Source: Cyanophora paradoxa CCMP329 (taxonomy: Eukaryota; Plantae; Glaucophyta). Taken from it: a DNA stretch of 26,063 nt. Positions 10,574-22,365 of this stretch are shown piece after piece. A program made the position numbers and the translations under genes. Where the stretch lies: NCBI GenBank assembly GCA_004431415.1, contig QPMI01000274.1:1-26063 (forward strand), given 5' to 3'. How positions within the stretch are numbered: the stretch's first letter is position 1; each line of letters opens with the position of its first letter. Under the pieces are notes generated by a model. It was not told the DNA's origin. It worked only from the letters and a program-made list of their open reading frames with translations, and searched no databases.

Positions 10574-11410
10574 CGCCGTCACGCGAGATCTGGTATCCCT
10601 CGCGGCCGCGGTGGGCTCCTCGGTCTTTGCTGTCGTTCTTCGGTCGTTCTTCGCGCCCTCACTTACCTCTTCGTACGGCCTCAGAGCTTCCGAGACGACG
10701 ACGGCGTTGCTGGCGGTGGGCCGCGGTCGTGTGTGTGCTGGACAAGGGAGGCTTCGCTGGAAACAGGACGCCGTCGTTTCGGCGACACAAACCCCCACTA
10801 CAACGGCGCGGGTCGCGGTGCATCCCTTCCTGTCTGTCCGCTCTCACGCAGCCAACCGCCACTCATTCTTTCCTGCACGGCCACCTCATCTGCCGTCAGG
10901 CTTTCACGGCGGTGAGCTCGACAGCATCGTCTCTTGCGCCCATCTGACGTGTCTCCGGTGCGCGGGCTGCGCTGGGGCCCGACTCTGTCCGCGCGCGCGC
11001 CGTGCTCAGCCCCGCGGCGCCACGCCCGCCCCGCAGGCGACTTCGCCGCGCCCGCGCACGCGAGGAGTACACATCGCTCGCTTCATCGGCTCACCCGCGG
11101 CGCCGGCGGCGCGCTAGCTACACGCTTTCGCTTGTCCGAGGTTCACATCATCGAATTCTGCAGCCGTCGCCCCTTCCTCGGCCGCTGTAAGGCGGCGCGC
11201 AGGGATTCGATCTCTCAACCATGGCGTCGCCCGGCGGGCCCAGCGCAAGCAGCTCTGAGTCAGTAGGTACGTCCCGGAACCGCCCCTCGGACCTGCCTGG
11301 GCGCGCTTTCTTCCGATCCTTCTAAAAAGCGTGTTTTCGGAGCGAAATTTTGGCACTATGTTCACTATGCCCGCCGGCCGTGGGCTCGGATCTGGCCGGG
11401 GCCTTTTTCA

Positions 11411-11832
11411 AGCGATCGCCGGCGCCGCGTCCGTCGTCCGACGGTTCGCGCTGGCGATCGCCCCGGAGTACTCGGTACCAGGGCCTAGCGATCGCCGGAG
11501 CGATGAGAAGGCTCTCTGACCGGCGATCGCTTGCGCAGGAGCTGCTTCAAGTTCGTCGCACCAGCCAACGCCAACGCCTGCAGTGCGTGCCCGCCTCCCG
11601 TAGCGCTGCGAGCTTGCTCGCATAGAGATTCTCTATTCAATTGGATCGCTAGATCTGCCCCGCGCATAGAGCCTTCTCATTGCTCGGCGATCGCTTTGTG
11701 TTCGGCGCCATACCCAGCGAGTCCGACCTCTAACAAAGAGCTGCTGGGCCGGCGATCGCTTCTGGGTTCTCAGTTCTAACGGTCGCCGCGGGCTTGACGT
11801 CCACCGCCTTCTCATTGGCCAAGCGATCGCTG
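11411..11832. promoter_or_regulatory. GCGATCGC palindrome cluster including R copy 1 (11515-11832); putative bidirectional promoter or protein-binding array
   Basis: Seven perfect GCGATCGC (11412, 11454, 11488, 11523, 11687, 11752, 11823). The composite motif AGAGCCTTCTCATYGCTC(C)GGCGATCGCT occurs forward (11668-11695) and inverted (11487-11515). Lies between the divergent transposase and gene X. Function is inferred. Confidence 0.6.
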
Positions 11833-11863
11833 CTTTTCGGTGTCTTATGCCCGACTGCGCAGC

Positions 11864-14800
11864 ATGTCGACCCAGGAGCACACTCTTTGGGAGGAAGAGA
11901 TGGAGTGGACCTCCAGCTCATCTCCCAACCCCTTCTGGCGGGCCGCGCGGCGGGTGGTGGCCTCGTGGGCGGCCTCGGGGGCGGCTCCGGCCTTGAGCTT
12001 GTCCCCGCCCCTCCCCCTCCCGGGCCCGCCCTCCCCCGGCCCCGCCCCTCCCCCGGCCCGTCCCTCCCCCGGGCCCGCCCTCCCCCGGGCCCGTCCCTCC
12101 CCCCGGCCCGCCCCTCCCCGGGCCCGCCCCTCCCCCGGGCCGCCCCTCCCCCGGCCGCCCCCCCCCGCCCCCCCCCTCCCCCGGCCCCGCCCCTCCCCCG
12201 GGCCCGCCCCTCCCCCCGGGCCCGCCCCTCCCCCGGGCCCGCCCTCCCCCGCCCCCCCCTCCCCCCGGCCCGCCCCTCCCCCGGGCCCGTCCTCCCCCGG
12301 CCCCGCCCCTCCCCCGGGCCCGCCCCCCCCGGCCCTGTCCCTCCCCCTCCCCCCGGCCCGGTGCGCGGCGCGGGAGGCGGCGCGGGAGGCGGCGCGGGAG
12401 GCGGCACGGGAGGCGGCGCGGCGGGTGGCGCCCTGGACGGCGCAGCGGGCGGCGACGCTGGTGGCGCTGGCAGAAGGCGACAAGCACATGCACCCTTCGA
12501 GATCTGTGCGTTTCTCTGTGAAATCTGCACGCCGCCTCTTTGTCTTATCATGTTTGCAGATCTGGACCCCAAGTGCATTATGTGGAGGACATCATCGTCG
12601 ACCTGCCCCTGCCAGATGCTTGCGTGCACTGCGCAACCTGTTGTGGGCACAAAGGGAGCGTTTCGAGGCCCCAAATTTCAGAGTTGTGTTGATTGGCTTG
12701 ATGAGGTGCTCTGCAGCTCAAAGAATTGATCGAATGGAATCTAAGACCAACTTCTCCAGGTGACAGAAGCGGCTCGGCAAGCTCAGGCGAACGCTGTCGG
12801 TTGCAGTTTCGAGGTGAACCAGCAAAGAACCGGACACGGACACTGGAGGATCTCCATGCTCTGAAGCACTTCATGAGCACTGTGCGTCCTCGATCTTCTT
12901 TAGCTTGAGATTCGCCATGAGATACTGCATTTAGGTCGCACTCGAATCGCCAAGCCTTCAGCGCACCGGTCCCGACCCTCATCCAGATGCTGATATAGCT
13001 GCTGGCGACAAGGAAGATACCTCAAGCTCTTCTCAACTCGATGAGCTCATTGATATGGACGTAAGCATCTATCTTTCTTGCCAGTTGAAGCACGGCACTC
13101 ACTGCAGGCACAGTGTGCATTTCTGGGCCTTGGCGTGCCAGGGCGCACGGTGAGTTTGCAGTGGATACGGACCTTCGAGCCAGGCACTACGACTGGCTAA
13201 AGCCCGGGTGACGAGCTTCTATACCAACAAGATCTACATCCGTGAGAGACGACTGCGAGAGATAGATCTGGCACGTGTCCATGCCAGCTTGCCTCGTGCT
13301 TCTTCTGCTTACTTGCTGCCCGGTCAGGTCATCTTGTCTCTGGACTTTCAGGAGGGCAAGGATGACACAAGTACTAGCGATGACAAACGATCATACGCTG
13401 TTGAATCGAAGATGTTCCTATCGCTCTGGATAGAGGTGTTCTTCTACGGGCGATCGAGCAATTCATCACTCGATTTCTACAGTACGTCCCTTCAAATCAC
13501 TGCATTCTATTTTGAAAACCGAAATGTGATGCAGCCCCTGATGATGGCGAGATCCGCTCAGCTGCTGCTGTGCTCACACAGCTTCTGGCCCTGCGGCCAG
13601 GAGACGCTGAGTTGGACCGTGAGCCTGCACGGCACAAGGTCTTGCAAATGCTTTCATGGAGGTGCACGATGCTTTCATGCTCTGTCTTTTCGTAACATGT
13701 TCTTAATTTTATATTAGGTCACAAACGGACAGTCTGAAATCACCTTCTGCGTATGCAAGCGACTCTCGGGCTCAGCCAGCAAGCAATGTACCTTGGCACG
13801 AAGGAAGAAATGAAGGGCCAGTTCCGCAGTCTCGCTCAATCAGTGCACGCAGCACAGCAGCAGACACGGGAAGGCGAATCACTCCAGCTGTGGTATGCAT
13901 CCGGGGGGGGGGGGGGGGGGGGGGGGGGGGAAAGTTTTTTTTTTTACCAATGGCGACGCAGGCTTCATGCATGTGTGGAGCTTGCAGCAGCAGCTGCAGA
14001 GGCCGCGTTGGTGGAAGAGTTGCCACGTGGGAAGGGCGGAAGCGCAAGGCGCAGGACGATCTCGTGTCGTACCCGGAGGTGAAGAAGCTTCTTCGGAAGT
14101 GCAACGCGTACGGAGGCAACAGGGATGTCGGTCGTGGCGGCAAGATTGCAAGCGATGTGCAGGTCCTGCAGGTTGTTCGGAAGAGCGGCAAGGAGCTTCT
14201 TCGCCTTCTTGCAGGGCCGGCAAGCAGCATATCAGTCGGCATTATCTTCTCAGACCTTGTCCGCAAATCGCGTTTTCGGCGGTGGGCGACATTGCCAACC
14301 AGCTCATATTCAAAGGCCTTGTAGATCTAGCCAAGGCATTCGACGACGAGGAGCAGCGTGGGAGGCCGCGCGGCAAGCAGGTCAAGACCCAGGCCCGGCT
14401 CCCGAACAGGCGCCAAGTCCAATGGAGTTCGACTACCCCCCCCTCCAACCCCCCTCCCCCTTCGCTACGCGTACCCCCCCCCCCCGACACGTGGAGCTGA
14501 TGCGCGTACCCTGCCGTTCTCCACAGGCGTGCCACGAGGCAATGGGAAAACCCTGCCGTTCTCCACCACGAAGCGCCGGCGAACGAGCTCTTCACCCGGC
14601 TGCGCATGAAGCCAGAGCTGGCGGTGCGTGCGAGGGTACGAAGACGACGCCACAGAAGGGGTTACTGAACTCTAATTCCGGTGCAGGAGAAATACGGTAC
14701 AGGTCGCGCAGCGGAGAACAGCTTTCAGGCTCTGAAGCAAGTGGCTGCAGTGCTGGAACAGATGGGCTCCAAGTCAGATGTTCTAACACACCGGATGCTG

Positions 14801-15989
14801 AATGGGGGCAACGACTCTGGAGAGGAGTACCCCGAGGTGGACGAACTCGGCGCGACGGCATACAGGAGAACTACACGGAAAGTCCAACAGGTACGAGCAA
14901 CGGTTATCGCAAATGCTCAAGCTCACGAGAAACTCAGCCAAACGGCGCGGGACAATTGGTCGATGTGGACATCGATGTTGAGGCGTATGTGCCTCCGCCA
15001 TACACGAGCGAAACAAGCCTCTATGGCTAGGCACACCTGAGCGGCCTATTCCGACACCCATCCTGTCCTGCTTGTACAGACGGTCCGCGTACCCCCCTTC
15101 TCTTTTCTTTCTTTTCCTTTGTTTCTTTTCCTTCTTATTTCCCTTCTCCCGCTGAACGTGCTCTGACTTGGGCGCGTCGCAGCGTGGCGAACACCGAGAA
15201 CCGATACTTCAACGCGCTGAGCAATACCCTGAAGGCGAAACTGCACTGGTTCCCTGCAATGTCACGGGAGGAAGGAGGCTCCAGATCGGTACGGGGAGCA
15301 TCGCCGTGGTCGCAACCGCGATACGGGACGCGAGGGCAGCGAGCCCCGCAGCACGTGCGTACGTCGAGAAGCTGGCTCGCCTACCGCCAAACGACGGTGC
15401 ACTGGAGTGCACGGCCACGCAAGGTGCCGCGCGCTGCAGCGTCTCCAGTCAAGTGCACCGGCTTGATGTACCGGGAACAACACCGGAGGCAACAATGGTT
15501 ATCCTCCGGGGCTTCACCAATCTCGAGTGGGACCACTGGCCGTGCGCCTCTTCCTTTTTCTACTTGTGGTTTCCTTTTTTCTGTCCATGGATATCAGTAA
15601 CCACTCTTGCTGATTGCCTCGAGCTCATATATATCACGAGCAGAGTCACCATCAAGAGTCACGCCGCTGCATTAGTGCAGGCCCTCCTTCAGCTCTCGGA
15701 GCCTGTGCATGATATGACCTTCCACACGACCGCTGGCTCCATCTTCAAGGCAAGATGCCGAGCTGACCGCGTGCTCGAGATTCTTTTCTCGCCTCGATGG
15801 GGTCGGGTGGTATGCGCCGGGCACCACCAGCGCAGCCCAATGGACTGCGCACCATTTGTTGCGGTTGCGAAAGAATGGTTCCGCAAGCCGCTAGTGGCCG
15901 AGGAGGATCGGTTTGCTGACCCAGGTAGACTAGATGAGCTAGTGGAGCGGTGCAAGCAGTTTGTAGGGCCGCAGTTGAACTTCCAGTGA
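11864..15989 (+). CDS. Unknown multi-exon protein 'gene X', copy 1 (roughly 1000-1100 aa after splicing and indel correction)
   Basis: Consensus start MSTPGAHSLGGRDG, then a Pro/Gly-rich N-terminus. Regular short introns, e.g. 12506-12559, 12882-12934, 13061-13107, 13271-13327 (GC donor), 13482-13534, 13662-13717, 13893-13961, 14624-14686. These join open, protein-like exons (..RARHYDWLKARVTSFYTNKIYIRERRLREIDL|VILSLDF..; ..RKRKAQDDLVSYPEVKKLLRK..; ..LDELVERCKQFVGPQLNFQ*). Each copy has its own homopolymer frameshifts. No family recognised. Confidence 0.7.
12001..12420. repeat. C-rich minisatellite (CCCGCCCTCCCCCGG-like, ~16-18 bp) plus GGCGGCGCGGGA x4-5
   Basis: Directly visible; lies in exon 1 of gene X. 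The G-rich strand has dense G-runs. Confidence 0.9.
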
Positions 15990-16697
15990 GCGTAGAGTTC
16001 TTGAGCGCCTTGCAATTTGTGGAGCAAGTCAAATTTCGTCGATGTACCCCAGAGCCTTCGCTTTTAAGCCACCGAGCCCCCAAGTTTAGGGGGAATGAGT
16101 CGGGGGGTACCCCGACCTTCGAAAGTGAGGCGCGCGACGTCGACGCAAAGCTCGCGCAAAGCTCGCGCATAGCGCTTCGCAGCGCGCGCGCGTGCTCAGC
16201 CCGCGGCGCCACGCCCGCCCCGCAGGCGACTTCGCCGCGCCCGCGCACGCGAGGAGTACACATCGCTCGCTTCATCGGCTCACCCGCGGCGCCGGCGGCG
16301 CGCTAGCTACACGCTTTCGCTTGTCCGAGGTTCACATCATCGAATTCTGCAGCCGTCGCCCCTTCCTCGGCCGCTGTAAGGCGGCGCGCAGGGATTCGAT
16401 CTCTCAACCATGGCGTCGCCCGGCGGGCCCAGCGCAAGCAGCTCTGAGTCAGTAGGTACGTCCCGGAACCGCCCTCGGACCTGCCTGGGCGCGCTTTCTT
16501 CGATCCTTCTAAAAAGCGTGTTTTCGGAGCGAAATTTGGCACTATGTTCACTATGCCCGCCGGCCGTGGGCTCGGATCTGGCCGGGGCCTTTTCAAGCGA
16601 TCGCCGGCGCCGCGTCCGTCGTCCGACGGTTCGCGCTGGCGATCGCCCCGGAGTACTCGTACCAGGCCTAGCGATCGCCGGAGCGATGAGAAGGCTC

Positions 16698-17165
16698 TCT
16701 GACCGGCGATCGCTTGCGCAGGAGCTGCTTCAAGTTCGTCGCACCAGCCAACGCCAACGCCTGCAGTGCGTGCCCGCCTCCCGTAGCGCTGCGAGCTTGC
16801 TCGCATAGAGATTCTCTATTCAATTGGATCGCTAGATCTGCCCGCGCATAGACCGGCGATCGCTTGCGCAGGAGCTGCTTCAAGTTCGTCGCACCAGCCA
16901 ACGCCAACGCCTGCAGTGCGTGCCCGCCTCCCGTAGCGCTGCGAGCTTGCTCGCATAGAGATTCTCTATTCAATTGGATCGCTAGATCTGCCCCGCGCAT
17001 AGAGCCTTCTCATTGCTCGGCGATCGCTTTGTGTTCGGCGCCATACCCAGCGAGTCCGACCTCTAACAAAGAGCTGCTGGGCCGGCGATCGCTTCTGGGT
17101 TCTCAGTTCTAACGGTCGCCGCGGGCTTGACGTCCACCGCCTTCTCATTGGCCAAGCGATCGCTG
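16698..17165 (+). repeat. R block copy 2 with internal 150-bp tandem duplication (16701-16850 / 16851-17001)
   Basis: gaccggcgatcgcttgcgcagg...cccgcgcata occurs twice head-to-tail. Confidence 0.93.
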
Positions 17166-17196
17166 CTTTTCGGTGTCTTATGCCCGACTGCGCAGC

Positions 17197-20100
17197 ATGT
17201 CGACCCCAGGAGCACACTCTTTGGGGAGGAAGAGATGGAGTGGACCTCAGCTCATCTCCCAACCCCCTTCTGGCGGGCCGCGCGGCGGTGGTGGCCTCGT
17301 GGGCGGCCTCGGGGCGGCTCCGGCCTTGAGCTTGTCCCCGCCCCTCCCCCTCCCCGGCCCCGCCCCTCCCCCGGCCCCCGCCCCTCCCCCCGGGCCCGTC
17401 CCTCCCCCCGGCCGCCCCTCCCCCCGGCCCGTCCCTCCCCCGGCCCGCCCTCCCCCGGCCCGCCTCCCCCCGGCCCGCCCCTCCCCCCGGGCCGCCCTCC
17501 CCCGCCCCCCCCTCCCCGCCCGCCCCTCCCCCGGCCCGCCCCTCCCCCGGCCCGCCCTCCCCCGGGCCGCCCCTCCCCCCGCCCCCCCCCTCCCCCGGCC
17601 CGCCCTCCCCCGGCCCGTCCCTCCCCCGGCCCCGCCCTCCCCCGGGCCGCCCCCCCCCGGCCCTGTCCCTCCCCTCCCCCGCCCGGTGCGCGGCGCGGGA
17701 GGCGGCGCGGGAGGCGGCGCGGGAGGCGGCACGGGAGGCGGCGCGGCGGGTGGCGCCCTGGACGGCGCAGCGGGCGGCGACGCTGGTGGCGCTGGCAGAA
17801 GGCGACAAGCACATGCACCCTTCGAGATCTGTGCGTTTCTCTGTGAAATCTGCACGCCGCCTCTTTGTCTTATCATGTTTGCAGATCTGGACCCCAAGTG
17901 CATTATGTGGAGGACATCATCGTCGACCTGCCCCTGCCAGATGCTTGCGTGCACTGCGCAACCTGTTTGTGGGCACAAAGGGAGCGTTTCGAGGCCCAAA
18001 TTTCAGAGTTGTGTTGATTGGCTTGATGAGGTGCTCTGCAGCTCAAAGAATTGATCGAATGGAATCTAAGACCAACTTCTCCAGGTGACAGAAGCGGCTC
18101 GGCAAGCTCAGGCGAACGCTTGTCGGTTGCAGTTTCGAGGTGAACCAGCAAAGAACCGGACACGGACACTGGAGGATCTCCATGCTCTGAAGCACTTCAT
18201 GAGCACTGTGCGTCCTCGATCTTCTTTAGCTTGAGATTCGCCATGAGATACTGCATTTAGGTCGCACTCGAATCGCCAAGCCTTCAGCGCACCGGTCCCG
18301 ACCCTCATCCAGATGCTGATATAGCTGCTGGCGACAAGGAAGATACCTCAAGCTCTTCTCAACTCGATGAGCTCATTGATATGGACGTAAGCATCTATCT
18401 TTCTTGGCCAGTTGAAGCACGGCACTCACTGCAGGCACAGTGTGCATTTCTGGGCCTTGGCGTGCCAGGGGCGCACGGTGAGTTTGCAGTGGATACGGAC
18501 CTTCGAGCCAGGCACTACGACTGGCTAAAGGCCGGGTGACGAGCTTCTATACCAACAAGATCTACATCCGTGAGAGACGACTGCGAGAGATAGATCTGGC
18601 ACGTGTCCATGCCAGCTTGCCTCGTGCTTCTTCTGCTTACTTGCTGCCCGTCAGGTCATCTTGTCTCTGGACTTTCAGGAGGGCAAGGATGACACAAGTA
18701 CTAGCGATGACAAACGATCATACGCTGTTGAATCGAAGATGTTCCTATCGCTCTGGATAGAGGTGTTCTTCTACGGGCGATCGAGCAATTCATCACTCGA
18801 TTTCTACAGTACGTCCCCTTCAAATCACTGCATTCTATTTTGAAAACCGAAATGTGATGCAGCCCCTGATGATGGCGAGATCCGCTCAGCTGCTGCTGTG
18901 CTCACACAGCTTCTGGCCTGCGGCCAGGAGACGCTGAGTTGGACCGTGAGCCTGCACGGGCACAAGGTCTTGCAAATGCTTTCATGGAGGTGCACGATGC
19001 TTTCATGCTCTGTCTTTTCGTAACATGTTCTTAATTTTATATTAGGTCACAAACGACAGTCTGAAATCAACCTTCTGCGTATGCAAGCGACTCTCGGGCT
19101 CAGCCAGCAAGCAATGTACCTTGGCACGAAGGAAGAAATGAAGGGCCAGTTCCGCAGTCTCGCTCAATCAGTGCACGCAGCACAGCAGCAGACACGGGAA
19201 GGCGAATCACTCCAGCTGTGGTATGCATCCGGGGGGGGGGGGGGGCGAGGGGGGTAAAGTTTTTTTCTTACCAATGGCGACGCAGGCTTCATGCATGTGT
19301 GGAGCTTGCAGCAGCAGCTGCAGAGGCCGCGTTGGTGGAAGAGTTGCCACGTGGAAAGGGCGGAAGCGCAAGGCGCAGGACGATCTCGTGTCGTACCCGG
19401 AGGTGAAGAAGCTTCTTCGGAAGTGCAACGCGTACGGAGGCAACAGGGATGTCGGTCGTGGCGGCAAGATTGCAAGCGATGTGCAGGTCCTGCAGGTTGT
19501 TCGGAAGAGCGGCAAGGAGCTTCTTCGCCTTCTTGCAGGGCCGGCAAGCAGCATATCAGTCGGCATTATCTTCTCAGACCTTGTCCGCAAATCGCGTTTT
19601 CGGCGGTGGGCGACAATTGCCAACCAGCTCATATTCAAAGGCCTTGTAGATCTAGCCAAGGCATTCGACGACGAGGAGCAGCGTGGGAGGCCGCGCGGCA
19701 AGCAGGTCAAGACCCAGGCCGGCTCCCGAACAGGCGCCAAGTCCAATGGAGGTTCGACTACCCCCCCCTCCAACCCCCCCTCCCCTTCGCTACGCGTACC
19801 CCCCCCCCCCGACACGTGAGCTGATGCGCGTACCCTGCCGTTCTCCACAGGCGTGCCACGAGGCAATGGAAACCCTGCCGTTCTCCACCACAAGCGCCGG
19901 CGAACGAGCTCTTCACCCGCTGCGCATGAAGCCAGAGCTGGCGGTGCGTGCGAGGGGTACGAAGACGACGCCACAGAAGGGGTTACTGAACTCTAATTCC
20001 GGTGCAGGAGAAATACGGTACAGGTCGCGCAGCGGAGAACAGCTTTCAGGCTCTGAAGCAAGTGGCTGCAGTGCTGGACAGATGGGCTCCAAGTCAGATG

Positions 20101-21303
20101 TTCTAACACAGCCGGATGCTGAATGGGGGCAACGACTCTGGAGAGGAGTACCCGAGGTGGACGAACTCGGCGCGACGGCATACAGGAGAACTACACGGAA
20201 AGTCCAACAGGTACGAGCAACGGTTATCGCAATGCTCAAGCTCACGAGAAAACCTCAGCCCAAACGGCGCGGGACAATTGGTCGATGTGGCATCGATGTT
20301 GAGGCGTATGTGCCTCCGCCATACACGAGGCGAAACAAGCCTCTATGGCTAGGCACACCTGAGCGGCCTATTCCGACACCCATCCTGTCCTGCTTGTACA
20401 GACGGTCCGCGTACCCCCCTTCTCTTTTCTTTCTTTTCCTTTGTTTCTTTCCTTCTTATTTCCCTTCTCCGCTGAACGTGCTCTGACTTGGCGCGTCGCA
20501 GCGTGGCGAACACCGAGAACCGATACTTCAACGCGCTGAGCAATACCCTGAAGGCGAAACTGCACTGGTTCCCTGCAATGTCACGAGGAGGAAGAGGCTC
20601 CAGATCGGTACGGGGGAGCATCGCCGTGGTCGCAACCGCGATACGGGACGCGAGGCAGCGAGCCCCGCAGCACGTGCGTACGTCGAGAAGCTGGCTCGCC
20701 TACCGCCAAACGACGGTGCACTGGAGTGCACGGCCACGCAAGGTGCCGCGCGCTGCAGCGTCTCCAGTCAAGTGCACCGGCTTGATGTACCGGGAACAAC
20801 ACCGGAGGCAACAATGGTTATCCTCCGGGGCTTCACCAATCTCGAGTGGGACCACTGGCCGTGCGCCTCTTCCTTTTTCTACTTGTGGTTTCCTTTTTTC
20901 TGTCCATGGATATCAGTAACCACTCTTGCTGATTGCCTCGAGCTCATATATATCACGAGCAGAGTCACCATCAAGAGTCACGCCGCTGCATTAGTGCAGG
21001 CCCTCCTTCAGCTCTCGAGCCTGTGCATGATATGACCTTCCACACCCGCTGGCTCCATCTTCAAGGCAAGATGCCGAGCTGACCGCGTGCTCGAGATTCT
21101 TTTCTCGCCTCGATGGGGTCGGGTGGTATGCGCCGGGCACCACCAGCGCAGCCCAATGGACTGCGCACCATTTGTTGCGTTGCGAAAGAATGGTTCCGCA
21201 AGCCGCTAGTGGCCGAGGAGGATCGGTTTGCTGACCCAGGTAGACTAGATGAGCTAGTGGAGCGGTGCAAGCAGTTTTAGGGCCGCAGTTGAACTTCCAG
21301 TGA
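17197..21303 (+). CDS. Gene X copy 2
   Basis: Same exon/intron series as copy 1; ATG 17197, TGA 21301-21303; different indels. Confidence 0.65.
17335..17745. repeat. C-rich minisatellite, unit 2
   Basis: Homologous to 12001-12420. Confidence 0.88.
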
Positions 21304-22015
21304 GCGTAGAGTTCTGAGCGCCTTGCAATTTTGTGGAGCAAGTCAAATTTCGTCGATGTACCCCAGAGCCTTCGCTTTTAAGCCACCGAGCCCCCAAGTT
21401 TAGGGGGGAATGAGTCGGGGGGGTACCCCGACCTTCGAAAGTGAGGCGCGCGACGTCGACGCAAAGCTCGCGCAAAGCTCGCGCATAGCGCTTCGCAGCG
21501 CGCGCGCCGTGCTCAGCCCCGCGGCGCCACGCCCGCCCCGCAGGCGACTTCGCCGCGCCCGCGCACGCGAGGAGTACACATCGCTCGCTTCATCGGCTCA
21601 CCCGCGGCGCCGGCGGCGCGCTAGCTACACGCTTTCGCTTGTCCGAGGTTCACATCATCGAATTCTGCAGCCGTCGCCCCTTCCTCGGCCGCTGTAAGGC
21701 GGCGCGCAGGATTCGATCTCAACCATGGCGTCGCCCGGCGGGCCCAGCGCAAGCAGCTCTGAGTCAGTAGGTACGTCCGGAACCGCCCCTCGGACCTGCC
21801 TGGCGCGCTTTCTTCCGATCCTTCTAAAAAGCGTGTTTTCGGAGCGAAATTTTGGCACTATGTTCACTATGCCCGCCGGCCGTGGGCTCGGATCTGGCCG
21901 GGGCCTTTTTCAAGCGATCGCCGGCGCCGCGTCGTCGTCCGACGGTTCGCGCTGGCGATCGCCCCGGAGTACTCGGTACCAGGGCCTAGCGATCGCCGGA
22001 GCGATGAGAAGGCTC

Positions 22016-22335
22016 TCTGACCGGCGATCGCTTGCGCAGGAGCTGCTTCAAGTTCGTCGCACCAGCCAACGCCAACGCCTGCAGTGCGTGCCCGCCTCCC
22101 GTAGCGCTGCGAGCTTGCTCGCATAGAGATTCTCTATTCAATTGGATCGCTAGATCTTGCCCCGCGCATAGAGCCTTCTCATTGGCTCGGCGATCGCTTG
22201 TGTTCGGCGCCATACCCAGCGAGTCCGACGTCTAACAAAGAGCTGCTGGGCCGGCGATCGCTTCTGGGTTCTCAGTTCTAACGGGTCGCCGCGGGCTTGA
22301 CGTCCACCGCCTTCTCATTGGCCAAGCGATCGCTG
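22016..22335 (+). repeat. R block copy 3
   Basis: Near-identical to 11515-11832, with a few indels and substitutions. Confidence 0.93.
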
Positions 22336-22365
22336 CTTTTCGGTGTCTTATGCCGACTGCGCAGC

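Larger units (their letters stand above)
6450..11832. mobile_element. PIF/Harbinger-superfamily transposon core (true ends not located; may extend through the tandem array)
   Basis: A convergent Myb/SANT-like gene plus DDE_Tnp_4-type transposase is the canonical two-gene Harbinger organisation. The coordinates given are those of the flanking R repeats, not of TIRs. Confidence 0.8.
10991..16181 (+). repeat. Tandem repeat unit 1 (~5.19 kb)
   Basis: Starts gcgcgcgcgccgtgctcagc; the same sequence restarts at 16182 and 21498. Confidence 0.97.
16182..21497 (+). repeat. Tandem repeat unit 2 (~5.32 kb)
   Basis: Colinear with unit 1; longer because of an internal 150-bp duplication. Confidence 0.97.

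Noticed and set aside
10308-11117. 269-aa Ser-rich plus-strand ORF
   Set aside because: It is the antisense shadow of the acidic N-terminus of the transposase.
11097-11118. GC hairpin followed by CTAG, suggesting a Helitron 3' end to explain the tandem array
   Set aside because: The hairpin abuts CTAG without the usual spacer, there is no A/T target or TC 5' end at the unit boundary, and no Rep/helicase motifs were found.
11186-11199. 14-bp match TGTAAGGCGGCGCG with 294-307, containing the green-algal poly(A) signal TGTAA
   Set aside because: A single short GC-rich match, and the organism's poly(A) signal is unknown.
10991-11832. Interpretation as the LTR of a tandem retroelement
   Set aside because: No TG..CA ends, PBS or PPT, and no RT, integrase or tyrosine-recombinase motifs; the internal gene is intron-rich.
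11400-11832. CRISPR-like or integron attC-like array
   Set aside because: The repeats are short, degenerate and irregularly spaced, the context is eukaryotic, and there are no cas or integrase genes.
11730-12763. Long Gly/Arg/Pro-rich ORFs in several frames on both strands (also ~16966-18054 and ~22278-23405)
   Set aside because: They are by-products of the stop-free C-rich minisatellite; only one forward frame can belong to gene X.
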